Of a DNA stretch of 64,000 bases, positions 18,994-29,700 are shown one piece after another. The notes beneath the pieces are model-generated. The model did no database searches. It saw only the letters and a list, made by a program, of their open reading frames with translations, and was not told the DNA's origin. This stretch comes from an uncultured candidate division Zixibacteria bacterium (lineage in GTDB: Bacteria; Zixibacteria; MSB-5A5; GN15; PGXB01): the NCBI GenBank assembly GCA_963702205.1, contig OY969724.1, positions 1,152,001 to 1,216,000 of the forward strand, given 5' to 3'. Position 1 is the stretch's first letter. Each line of letters begins with the position of its first letter. A program made the position numbers and the translations under genes.

Positions 18994-21600
18994 ATGAAAC
19001 GCAGTTTGTTTGTACTTGCCGTATTGCTTCTTTCTTTTGGGCTGGCTTCCGCTGATGTTGGTTTTCGTGTAGAATTTACCGGTACGATGGTTTCGGGGAT
19101 GTTAACCCCGGGCAATTTCGGTATTGAACTCTATATGACCAACGACGCAAATCAGCGCAACGGCTATTCCATGCCGTTGCAATTTTCCGGCACCGGTGGC
19201 GTCGCCACCGTGACCTGGGTGGATGCCGGTGTCCCGGCTCCGGAAGGCGGCTACATGGGCGGCGCTATGGAAATCCTGAGCAACTTCGCTCCGGGTTTCT
19301 ATGCCGGCGTTCGTTTCACGGCATTGAACACTATTGTGGCGGACTACGACGGCAATCTTCCTGATACCGTCAACCACTCGCTGGCCACGACTTCCGGCGG
19401 CTGGGCTCCCAATGAGCCGGAGCTGCTCGTCTATCGTTGGCACTTGAATTTCGATGCGACCGGTATGGACACTGGTGTCATTGGCGACGTCTGTGTCGAC
19501 TCGATCAAGCATGCCAACTCGACCTACGACTGGTTGTGGCTGCCTCCGTCAGGCCCGTTCGGTGGTCCGTATTGTGCGACCATGTACAACCCGCCGAATT
19601 TGGCCCCGCAGTTCACCAATTGCCCGAGCACTGACATTTCGCTCCAGTGGAGTGATCAAGTCTCTCGCGATTTCACGCTCACCGATAATGACGGTGATGC
19701 GGTTACCGGTGCTTCTGCTGATGTTGGTACGGCTACCGTTGCCAATGCTACCACGATACATTGGGTTTATGATCCCGGTTGTGCCGACGTCGGTTCGCAT
19801 GACGTTACCGTTTGTGGTACGGATAATTTCCATACCTGCCCGACGGGTAGTGAATGTGTGTTCACGGTGACGGTTCTCAATACCGCTCCGACGTTCACCA
19901 ACTGCCCGGCTCCGGGATTTAAGGTTCCGGTCAGCATAGTTGGTGATGCTTCCTTCGATCTGAATGCTAGCGATGCTAATGCCGGTGACGTTCTCACGTT
20001 TTCGGTATCAGATCCTTGTGCTTCGGTCGATGCCAATGGCGTTGTGACTCTTGACGGCGCCTGTGTCGGTGTTGAAGGGGACCACCCTGTAACTGTGACT
20101 GTTACTGACTGCGCTGGTGATACCGATGAATGCGTTGTCACGTTTAATATTCAGTCCGAACTGCCGTATGACATCGTGATCGAAAAGGTCGAAGGTCAGC
20201 ATCAGGGCATGTATGCCACCGTCGACGTAACCAAGACGGGCGGCACGAACGATATGTATGGTTTTGATTTCCTGATTGCCTATGACGCCTCGGCTCTCAA
20301 TGCCATGGGCGCCATTCCCGGCGTTCTCTTCGATAACCCCGGTGCTTTCCAGTGGGAATACTTCACCTATCGTTTCGGTCCCTTCGGTAACTGCGGCAGC
20401 GCCTGCCCGAGCGGCATGATCCGTGTGGTTGGTATTGCCGATCAGAATGACGGCCCGAATCATCCGCTGGATTTTGAAGTTCCTAACGGCACGGTTCTGT
20501 TCCAGTTGAACTTCCTGGTCAGCAATGACCGGACGTTCGAATGTCAGTATGTGCCGATTCGGTTCTTCTGGATGGATTGCGGCGACAACACGATCGCCTA
20601 TCATTCAGGAGTCGATCCCGATCCGCTGTCAATCCTGACGGGCGTTTCGTTGACCGTAAATGCCTACTCGGGTCCCAGCACCTATCTTGACATTACCGAT
20701 CCTAACACCGGTTTCCCGACCTTCACAGGCTTCCAGCCTGATCTGTGTCCGGGTGAACCTGGCAAACCGCCGGCGAAACCGTTTATCAACTTCTTCAACG
20801 GTGGTATCGATATCATCTGCTCCGAAGATATCGACGCTCGCGGTGATATCAACCTCAACGGCATCTCCAATGAAATTGCTGACGCCGTTGTCTTCACCAA
20901 CTACTTCATCTATGGTCTGCCGGCCTTCACGGTCAACGTGGATGGTCAGGTTGCCGCTACCGACGTCAATGCCGACGGTATCGTGCTGTCCGTGGCTGAC
21001 CTTGTTTACCTGATTCGTGTCATCGTTGGTGATGCTCTGCCTTATCCGAAACTGGCTGCGGCCGGTCAGGCCCACTTCACTCTCGAAAACGGCCAGATCG
21101 TAACCGATGCTAATCTCGGTGCGGCTCTGTTTGTCTTTGACGGTAAAGTCGACGTTTCGGCTACCGCTGGTGATTTCCAGGTCAAATCCGACTTCGTTAA
21201 CGGTCAGACCCGCGCGCTGGTTTACAGCTTCGATCAGGGTGCCGTTATCACCGGTGCTGTCCTGAATGCCGGCGAACTTCCGTCATCGGTTGAAGCCGTC
21301 GATTACTATGGTGCCGTTTATAGCGCCAGCATAGTCCCGACGACCTTCACCATGAGCAACTACCCGAACCCGTTCAACCCCGTGACCACAATCCAGATGA
21401 ATATTCCTGGAACTGAAGAAACCGACTTCACGGTCGAGGTCTTCAACGTTGCTGGTCAGAAGGTCGCTACGTTAAACGGCCGCGGTGTTGGTCAGGTCTC
21501 GGTAGATTGGGATGCTTCGAATGTTGCTTCCGGTATCTATTTCTATCGTGGAACCGCCGCAGGCGCTTCCGCTACTGCAAAGATGGTACTGCTGAAGTAA
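18994..21600 (+). CDS. Secreted modular protein: N-terminal domain, two cadherin-like, cohesin-like, internal dockerin-like, C-terminal NYPNPFNP sorting domain
   Basis: AGGAG SD before ATG 18994 (ORF track 18958); NLAP/NTAP Ig starts; GFDFLIAYD; GDINLNG..EIAD; NYPNPFNP...SGIYFYR...KMVLLK. Confidence 0.88.
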   Translation: MKRSLFVLAVLLLSFGLASADVGFRVEFTGTMVSGMLTPGNFGIELYMTNDANQRNGYSMPLQFSGTGGVATVTWVDAGVPAPEGGYMGGAMEILSNFAPGFYAGVRFTALNTIVADYDGNLPDTVNHSLATTSGGWAPNEPELLVYRWHLNFDATGMDTGVIGDVCVDSIKHANSTYDWLWLPPSGPFGGPYCATMYNPPNLAPQFTNCPSTDISLQWSDQVSRDFTLTDNDGDAVTGASADVGTATVANATTIHWVYDPGCADVGSHDVTVCGTDNFHTCPTGSECVFTVTVLNTAPTFTNCPAPGFKVPVSIVGDASFDLNASDANAGDVLTFSVSDPCASVDANGVVTLDGACVGVEGDHPVTVTVTDCAGDTDECVVTFNIQSELPYDIVIEKVEGQHQGMYATVDVTKTGGTNDMYGFDFLIAYDASALNAMGAIPGVLFDNPGAFQWEYFTYRFGPFGNCGSACPSGMIRVVGIADQNDGPNHPLDFEVPNGTVLFQLNFLVSNDRTFECQYVPIRFFWMDCGDNTIAYHSGVDPDPLSILTGVSLTVNAYSGPSTYLDITDPNTGFPTFTGFQPDLCPGEPGKPPAKPFINFFNGGIDIICSEDIDARGDINLNGISNEIADAVVFTNYFIYGLPAFTVNVDGQVAATDVNADGIVLSVADLVYLIRVIVGDALPYPKLAAAGQAHFTLENGQIVTDANLGAALFVFDGKVDVSATAGDFQVKSDFVNGQTRALVYSFDQGAVITGAVLNAGELPSSVEAVDYYGAVYSASIVPTTFTMSNYPNPFNPVTTIQMNIPGTEETDFTVEVFNVAGQKVATLNGRGVGQVSVDWDASNVASGIYFYRGTAAGASATAKMVLLK

Positions 21601-21615
21601 CCTTTGGCATACAAC

Positions 21616-21653
21616 TATTTCCGTGGGAAGGTTCAATCCTTCCCTCGGAAATA
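21616..21653 (+). terminator. Long stem-loop after 18994..21600 (terminator or mRNA stabiliser)
   Basis: TATTTCCGTGGGAAGG-loop-CCTTCCCTCGGAAATA; no U-tract on the plus strand. Confidence 0.6.
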
Positions 21654-21738
21654 AAAATGGGGAGAAGGGCACAAAGAGAGTAGTTAGATAAGAGAAAAGC
21701 TTTTAGGTGAAATAAAAAAAGTGAAAATGTTAGAAGAT

Positions 21739-21797
21739 ACCCTGAAAAGCACGGAAGTTGAAGTCCTCACAATAGTTCAGGGTCTTTTTGTTTTTTT
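21739..21797 (+). terminator. Putative intrinsic terminator
   Basis: ACCCTGAA...TTCAGGGT followed by a long T run; large loop. Confidence 0.5.
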
Positions 21798-22127
21798 GGC
21801 ACGGATCGCCTGTGAAATCAATTGCAACTTATTGCATCAATATCGAAATCGTTTTGGTATTTTATCAAAAATAATTACCCGCCGCAACAATAACCCTATT
21901 TATGAAAATCCCGGGGGTTAGTAAGAGTATTTTTTAAAGGTTAAGGAAGATTATTGATTTGAAAGAATAACTCGTTGTGCGCAAAAACATTATGGGCACG
22001 ATAGGGCGCTGACAATGAGTTGAAGAAAAGAAGCTGGCACCTTGGGTATCATGTCGTTGAATCTTTGATCAATTTCCCGGGGTTGGTCTGCTTATTGCTC
22101 AAAATGGTTTGGGCTTGAGATATAATT

Positions 22128-24107
22128 ATGAGCAATAAAGGGAACATAAGAGTCATAAGCGGTTTGCTTTGCGGAGCGGCCTGGCTGATTTTGGCGACGT
22201 CCTCATCGGCCAACGGCCTTCCGCATTTTCAGTCTTTGTCTCGTCAGTATGTGCTTGAAGGACAAAGGCTTGAGGTGAATGTGGACTGCCGTGACGCCGA
22301 TGGCGACCAGTTGACTCTCCAGGCTTCCAACCGGCCGGTCGGCTCTCAGTTTACCGATAACGGCGACGGCACCGGCGTGCTGGTCTGGACGCCTGATTTT
22401 TCCGGGCCCAATTCTTCCGAAAATTCTCCTTTCGAAATAACGATCTGGGCCTCTGATGGCGTCGGTTCATCGTCGATGAACGTCGAACTGGACGTACTGA
22501 ACAACAACCGCGCCCCGGTCATAACGGCCCCGAGCCGTGTGGATATCCAGTCTGGTCAGGACCTTGCGTTTAGCGCGCAGGGTTCCGACCCGGATGGGGA
22601 TCAGCTCAGCTGGAACATTCTGGATCTTCCCGCCGGAGCCGGCTACAGTATTTCCGATGGTCTGTCGGTCGACTGGCCGACCGCTTATGCCGACAGCGGC
22701 ATGCACAATATTGTCGTGGAACTGACGGATCAGTTCGGCGCGTCCGATACGGCGCTGATAGTCGCGGCCGTGGCCCAGACGACCGTTTTCGCGATGAGTG
22801 TCGATACGCTTTCGGCCTATCCCGGAGAAATGGTCAATATCAACGTCAACCTCGATAATCTTGAACCCGTCTCCGGTTTCAACGTGGTCGTGAATTACGA
22901 TGCCTCGTCGATGGCGCTGGCCTCGGTTATGAACGCCGGAACCCGATCGGCGAATTTCGAATATTTCACGTTCAAGATGAATTATCGTTCGATATCCGGT
23001 GACGTGAATATCGTCGGGGCCGCCGATCCCGAAGGCAACGGCCCCGGAGTCAATCTGGACCCAGGGCATGGTTCGATTGCGAGACTGCGCTTTCTTATGC
23101 CGTCGGGTTCGGAATATTCCGGATTTGCCCTCCCGATTGAATTCGTTTTCAGGGACATTATGGACGGCAAGGATAACACGGTAACGGCCGGTGACGGCAC
23201 ACAAATTACGCAGAGCCAGGTGGATTATGCCGACGGTTATGCCCTGGTTTTGAAAAGTACGGAAGAGGGGATAGGAGACATAAATTTGAACGGCATCGCT
23301 TTTGAGATCTCCGATGCCATATACCTGACCAATTTCTTTATCAATCCGGCCACAAACCCGCTCAATGCCAGACAGCGGCTGAATTCCGATGTCAACCATG
23401 ACGGTCTGACCGGGACGGTGGCCGATCTGGTTTACCTTATTCTGAAAATTGTCAATCCCGGATCCTATCCGAAACCGGTGGCCGGAAATCCGGAAGTGGC
23501 GTTTGAGCTCCTCGGTGCCGATTTCAAAATAAACAGCCCGGTGGAACTGGGCGGCCTGATCGTGACCGCTGAACTCGCTGATGACGCCGAAGCGGGAATA
23601 GTCTCGGATTTGAGCGAGATGGGCATGACAGTAAAATCCGGTCGGGAAGGCCGGACCCTCCGGATTTTGGTTTACGGCGGTGACGGACAGGTCTTGCCGT
23701 CAGGATCAAACGACCTTTTCAGGATTGAAAATAATGAAGCTATTGAAATAAAAGACGTGCAGGCGGCTTCGGCCGACGGGCGCGTTCTGGCGGCAGTTGG
23801 CAGCGTCGGGACGGCGTCATCGGTTCCGACCGGTTTTGTTCTGCATCAGAATTATCCCAATCCGTTCAACCCGGCGACGGAAATCAGGTTCGACCTGCCG
23901 TACACCGCCAAAGTTGAACTGAAAGTTTTTAACGTTCTCGGGCAGGAAATCGCAACCCTGTTGAGCCGGGAACTGCCGTCGGGCAGCCATTCGGTAACGT
24001 GGAATGGCCGCGACGATTATGACCAGCCGGTGAGCAGCGGGGTATATTTTTATCGCCTCGAGGCCGGTGGTAACAGCATAAGCAAAAAAATGATTCTTAT
24101 AAAGTAG
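22128..24107 (+). CDS. Secreted protein: two cadherin/Ig-like, cohesin-like, internal dockerin-like, C-terminal sorting domain
   Basis: FTDNGDGTG; NVNLDNLEPVSGFNVVVNYD; GDINLNGIAFEISD; QNYPNPFNP...KKMILIK. Confidence 0.88.
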   Translation: MSNKGNIRVISGLLCGAAWLILATSSSANGLPHFQSLSRQYVLEGQRLEVNVDCRDADGDQLTLQASNRPVGSQFTDNGDGTGVLVWTPDFSGPNSSENSPFEITIWASDGVGSSSMNVELDVLNNNRAPVITAPSRVDIQSGQDLAFSAQGSDPDGDQLSWNILDLPAGAGYSISDGLSVDWPTAYADSGMHNIVVELTDQFGASDTALIVAAVAQTTVFAMSVDTLSAYPGEMVNINVNLDNLEPVSGFNVVVNYDASSMALASVMNAGTRSANFEYFTFKMNYRSISGDVNIVGAADPEGNGPGVNLDPGHGSIARLRFLMPSGSEYSGFALPIEFVFRDIMDGKDNTVTAGDGTQITQSQVDYADGYALVLKSTEEGIGDINLNGIAFEISDAIYLTNFFINPATNPLNARQRLNSDVNHDGLTGTVADLVYLILKIVNPGSYPKPVAGNPEVAFELLGADFKINSPVELGGLIVTAELADDAEAGIVSDLSEMGMTVKSGREGRTLRILVYGGDGQVLPSGSNDLFRIENNEAIEIKDVQAASADGRVLAAVGSVGTASSVPTGFVLHQNYPNPFNPATEIRFDLPYTAKVELKVFNVLGQEIATLLSRELPSGSHSVTWNGRDDYDQPVSSGVYFYRLEAGGNSISKKMILIK

Positions 24108-24118
24108 AGGATAAGACT

Positions 24119-26680
24119 ATGGCTCAGAAAAAAATGTTGAATCTTGACATATTCAAGAGGTGGCGCATGCAGCCCTTCAAAATACCGATTTTGTTTTTAT
24201 TTTCGCTTTTGCTTTTATCACCGTTGGCATTTAGCCAGACCAATCCGAATAACCCGATTAACTGGACCCCTCCGAATAACTTCCAAATAGATTTGGGCGA
24301 TGTTGCGGGTCGTTACGGCGATACGGTACGGGTACCGATATACATGCTGAACGTCAGAACGCTTACCGGATTTTTAATGAGAATCGAATATGATACGACC
24401 ATGCTGTCACCGGTCGATTATCTGGTTAACGGTTTGCCGCAAACCCAGATCCCCATTTATGACAGTTTGGAACTGGTCGGACGCGGCTTAAACTCGTTGT
24501 ATCGCGATTCTATTAGATATTGCCTGGGAGAAATACCCCAGGAGCAAATAACATCAAAACCGTCCATTTATGCGCTGCATGACAAGACCAGTGAAATTAA
24601 TTGGAACGCCCTGTTTGTGCAGTTCCTGCCTTCACTGCCGCCGAGTAATATTGATTCCACCACACCACAGGAAATATTGGACTGTTATGAAGCGGCCAAG
24701 ATTCCGTCCTATGGGGTAGTCAGTCCTATTATGAATATTCTGTTTGAAGTCAAAGATGGGTTAACTGACGGAATGAAAGACACGCTAAGATTCTGGGATT
24801 ATCGACCGGTCGATACAACAATAGACCCTCCGGCCGATTTTCGTGACAACCAATTGACTGATTCGACCGGCGCCAATTTCTATCCCTATCGTTATACCGG
24901 CATTTTCACGGTAGGAGAACAGACGGGCTTTGACTGTTCTCAGTGCCCGTATGGGTGCGACAATGTTGCGGATACATGTTACAGCGCACCATCCGGCTCA
25001 AACCATGCGCCTACAATAGGGGCGATAAGCCCTTCAACATTCGAAGTTACTCAGGGAGAATCCGTGCCGACGGTAACGGTTACGGCGACCGATCAGGATG
25101 GGGACGTGGTTTCATTGCTGGCGTCGAATCTGCCGAGCGGTGCGACGTTTTCGCCGTCGAATCCCGTCACCGGGACGGGCAGTGCGACCGGATCGTTTAA
25201 CTGGACACCGTCTCTTTCCACCGCCGCGGGTTCGTATGTAGCTAATTTCAGGGCCACCGATGCCAACAATGCGCAGTCGGCAATTACGTCGATTGTGATA
25301 AATGTCAGCGCCATTGATATAGACAGATTATACACCAATTCGGCTTATGGCGGTAAACCGGTCGGCGGTATTCCCGGGGCCGGGCCGATTGCTTTCCCGA
25401 TTGACCTGGTAACGTCGAAGACCGTTTACGGTATCGATTTTTATATGGATTATCCGGGGAACATTGCGGACCTGGATTCAATCGCCGTGACAAGCCGGAC
25501 GCCGGAATACGTAGTATATGAAAATATCGGGCAGTTTCCCGATACGGTCAAGGTCGTCACTTTCGGTCTGGCCAATGAAGTGATGGGCGACCCGGATCAA
25601 ATCGACGGGACCGCCATTCTCAAGGCCTTTATGACCATCGATTCCTCGGCCGTGCCGGGCGATTACTGGGTGCATTTATATGACGCGTGGGAGTCGATCG
25701 ATCCCGACCCGGAAGTCGCTTCCCTGTCTCTTATGACCGACTCGGGAGTGGTGCAGGTCGACATGATGGGTGACGTCAACATCGACAAGAGGATAAACGT
25801 GGCCGACCTGGTCAACGTGGTCGGTTATATCATCGGGAATTACCCGCTGACGACCCGACATTTCGCCACGGCCAACGTCGTTACCGATGGTGTGGTCAAC
25901 GTGGTTGATCTGGTAGGCATTGTTAATATGATATTCGGTCGTCCGATCAGTCCGTCGCCGTCGCCGAGCCCCGACAACCGGGCAACGGTGACACTGGCGC
26001 AGGGTGAACTGGCCCAGGGCCAGTATACCAAGCTCAATATAGCCGGTGAGTTTCCCGAAAATGTCGCCGGGATACAGCTCGAAGTTGACTACGATCCGGC
26101 AACCTTTGCGATGGATAAACCGGAAATCCCTCAGAATATAGGTGGGCTGACCATGAGTTATCGCGATGATAAACAGGGCCACCTGAAAATGGTCATGTAC
26201 AGCAGCCGCCCGTGGGATCAGAGTGCGCTGTATAAAGCCGGGCTGTCGAGTATTATCGATTTGCCGGCCATCGTCAAGCAGCATGTCAATGCCGACGATG
26301 CTTCGAAAATCAGGATAAATAAAGTCTATCTGGCCAATGCCAATGCCGGTGAAATACAGGTCGAGGGCGGCTCTGCGCCGATGGTGCCGTCGAGCTTCGT
26401 CCTGCACCAGAATTATCCCAACCCGTTCAATCCGAGCACAACGATCGAGTTCGATATCTCCGCGGACGGTTCCGGCCTCCAGGACGTCGAGCTTTCGATC
26501 TTCAATATATTAGGACAGAAGGTCAGGACACTGGTCAATGAACCGCTGATGCCGGGACATTATTCGGAACAGTGGGACAGCCAGTCCGACAATAGCAAGC
26601 CGGTCGCCACGGGAGTATATCTGTATCGTTTGAAAATCGGCGACAAGCACGAAACAAAGAAAATGGTACTCTTGAAGTAG
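24119..26680 (+). CDS. Secreted scaffold-like protein: cohesin-like, cadherin-like, cohesin-like, dockerin-like, cohesin-like, C-terminal sorting domain (alternative start 24167)
   Basis: GDTVRVPIYM...GFLMRIEYD; VYGIDFYMDYP; GDVNIDKRINVAD; VAGIQLEVDYDP; QNYPNPFNP...KKMVLLK. Confidence 0.88.
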   Translation: MAQKKMLNLDIFKRWRMQPFKIPILFLFSLLLLSPLAFSQTNPNNPINWTPPNNFQIDLGDVAGRYGDTVRVPIYMLNVRTLTGFLMRIEYDTTMLSPVDYLVNGLPQTQIPIYDSLELVGRGLNSLYRDSIRYCLGEIPQEQITSKPSIYALHDKTSEINWNALFVQFLPSLPPSNIDSTTPQEILDCYEAAKIPSYGVVSPIMNILFEVKDGLTDGMKDTLRFWDYRPVDTTIDPPADFRDNQLTDSTGANFYPYRYTGIFTVGEQTGFDCSQCPYGCDNVADTCYSAPSGSNHAPTIGAISPSTFEVTQGESVPTVTVTATDQDGDVVSLLASNLPSGATFSPSNPVTGTGSATGSFNWTPSLSTAAGSYVANFRATDANNAQSAITSIVINVSAIDIDRLYTNSAYGGKPVGGIPGAGPIAFPIDLVTSKTVYGIDFYMDYPGNIADLDSIAVTSRTPEYVVYENIGQFPDTVKVVTFGLANEVMGDPDQIDGTAILKAFMTIDSSAVPGDYWVHLYDAWESIDPDPEVASLSLMTDSGVVQVDMMGDVNIDKRINVADLVNVVGYIIGNYPLTTRHFATANVVTDGVVNVVDLVGIVNMIFGRPISPSPSPSPDNRATVTLAQGELAQGQYTKLNIAGEFPENVAGIQLEVDYDPATFAMDKPEIPQNIGGLTMSYRDDKQGHLKMVMYSSRPWDQSALYKAGLSSIIDLPAIVKQHVNADDASKIRINKVYLANANAGEIQVEGGSAPMVPSSFVLHQNYPNPFNPSTTIEFDISADGSGLQDVELSIFNILGQKVRTLVNEPLMPGHYSEQWDSQSDNSKPVATGVYLYRLKIGDKHETKKMVLLK

Positions 26681-26757
26681 CAGGGGGAGGAAATGAAGCC
26701 GACCATACTATTCGCTGTTTGCCTTGCTACGAATCATTCGGATAGCGAGGTTTGGAG

Positions 26758-29700
26758 ATGAAAAAGAAATCGATATCTATTGCACTTGCGGTTCTGATCG
26801 GAGCGTTTGCTTTCGGGCAAACGAGCTTCGCTTCCATTGTTCCGCTGACGTCATTTTCGAATACGCAACAGAGCACGGCTTCGACGACTTTACAAAATTC
26901 GGACGTGGTGATCTCGGGCTCCAGCCTGCAGAATGGCGTGGACTACTTGATCCTTTATTCGGTGTCTTACGGCGGCAACAGCACCAGCGAAGACCCGGTG
27001 GTTTCCGTTATGTACGGCTCAACCACAATCGCGAACGGCGCCGATGAAGGTTCTTCGAGCGGAACTCCCGAAGCCATGCGCGTCGGATCCCTCGAAGGGT
27101 ACTATATACTGACCGGTGACGGAGTGTCCGATCTGAGGATTCAATATCGGTCCACGAGGGGCGGAACCTGCTATATTGCCGGTAAGTCCCTGATTGCCAT
27201 CCCGCTCGAGCAGTTGACTCTTAACCAGGACTACTGGTTTGCCACACAGAACGGTGACGCCGCGGTGATGTCGACCACGTCGGCTTTCTCCGATCTTCTC
27301 TCGACCAACCTTAATCTCACGGAATCCGGTGATTATCTCGTCCTGGCAAGCGCCGAGGGCTGGACTCCTTCCGGATCGACCAGCAATGGTGAGGCGTTCC
27401 GATTCCAGGTTAATTCGACGATTCAGAAAGCGACCATGGCCAAGGAGTGGGAGAATAACGCCGCCAGACGTTCTTTTTCATATGCCCGCATCCATACTCT
27501 CAATGCGGGAGTGAACAATTTCGTGATACAGGGCGGCCCGGCCCAGGGGACGGCGTCCAAGTCGTTCCGGCGCGGCCGCATTATAGTCATAAAAGCCAAT
27601 ACCTTCGACCAGATGGTTTCGGCTGTCCAGAATTCCGACGTGACGACGACGGCCAACCATCCGACCTATGATAATTATATCACCAATACATATACCCCGA
27701 ACCAGCAGGAGTATGTTGTAATCATCGGTAATACATGGGGTTACCAGGGCCAGAATGCCAGAAGCGTGGTTACGCGTCTGGCCAACACCACGGATAATAT
27801 TTATTTTTCCGATTTTATTTCCGATGACGCGAAAGACATTACGGTCGACCGGGTGATGTTCTCGGTCTTCGGTGCCGAAGAGATTTCCTCGGCCAAGACG
27901 TACGCCTTTCAAGTTTCGGGCGAATCCAGTTACACGACGGCCAATCATTTTCAATATGGTGACCTGATTGTCTGGAGTTTGACACCCCTCGGGGATGCGC
28001 CTCCGGTTATCGCTCCGATCGGGCCAAAATCGACCAATGAGCTCCAGAATCTTAATTTTACGGTGACCGCCACTGATCCCAACGGAACGACACCTTTGCT
28101 TACCGCCGAAAGCGTCCCGGCGAGCGCCACGTTTACCGATCACAGCGACGGTACGGGTACTTTTGACTGGACCCCGGGATCGACCGACAACGGGATATAT
28201 CTGGTAAGCTTCATTGCATCGGACGGCGCGCTGGCCGATACGGAGGTGGTATCTATCACGGTTTACGATCCGGGTACGATTTCTGTAATAAACCGCATCA
28301 GCAGCTGGACGACGGGGCTGACGCATACGGTTGGCAGCGGCAATAATCGTATGCTTGTATTTGCCGTCGGTCATGAAAACAACGGCGATGCGCCGATCAG
28401 CTCGGTGACGTACGGCGGGCAGACTATGATCCGAGTAGTCGAAGCTACCACGGCGGCGACCGGCTTTCAGGCGCACGTGGAACTCTGGTATCTCAATGAA
28501 GCCGGAATCACGGCGGCCACGAGCAATCAGTTTACGGTAAATTATACATCGACAGCACCGACCGATCCGATGTACGCGGCGGCCAGCTATGAAAATGTAA
28601 ATCAAACCACGCCAATTTTCGACTTCGGCAGCAACTCCACGACCACGGCCACGCCGAACCCGATTACGGCGACCATGAATGCCACATTTAATGGTCTGTC
28701 GATCGGCACCGCTTTAAGTGGAAACGACGGCTCATATACGTGGAACAACGGCTGGACTGAAGGATACGATCAGTCATCCAATGCCACCTGTAATATGTCC
28801 GGGGCGGATTATTTCGAATCAGCCACCGGGACGACCACGGCCAGTGCGACCCACAGCGGCCCCAACCGCCAGGCGATTGCGGCCCTCTCTCTGCAGCCGG
28901 CCCCGGCGCCGCAGCAGCCGCCGGTCGTGTCGGATATCCCCGACCAGACGATTGATGAGGGTTCCACTTTCGCGACTATCAGTCTCGACAATTACGTTGA
29001 CGATCCGGACAACGTCGATTCAGAGATAAGCTGGACGTATTCCGGTAACACCGAGCTTTCGGTAAATATCGACGCCAGCCGCGTGGCGACCATCACGATT
29101 CCATCGAGTGATTGGTATGGTTCAGAGACGATCACCTTTACGGCGACCGATCCTGATTTGCTCTCCGACAGCGATCCGGCGACGTTTACCGTCAATAATA
29201 TTAATGATGCGCCGGTCGTCAGTGACATCCCCGATCAGACAGTAGACGAGGGTTCGACCTTTACGACTATAAATCTCGATGATTTTGTCAGTGATATAGA
29301 TAATGCCGATTCCGAGATCAACTGGACGTATTCGGGCAACACCGAACTTACGATAAATATCAATGCCAGCCGCGTGGCTACAATCACGATCCCGAGTGTT
29401 GACTGGAACGGCTCAGAGACGATCACGTTTACCGCAACCGATCCGGGACTACTTTCGGATAATGATCCGGCGACGTTTACGGTCAATGCCATAAACGATG
29501 CTCCGGTGGTGAGCGACATTCCCGATCAGACAGTAGACGAGGGTTCGACTTTCGCGACGATAAATCTCGACAATTATGTCAACGACGTGGACAATGCCGA
29601 CAGTGAAATCAACTGGACGTATTCAGGCAACACCGAACTTACGGTAAATATCAATGCCAGTCGCGTGGCGACAATATCTATACCGGGAATCGAGTGGAAC

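Noticed and set aside
21721..21921. 66-aa ORF (and likewise 58472..58675 and 59670..59888)
   Set aside because: They overlap terminator or promoter elements and show no recognisable motif.
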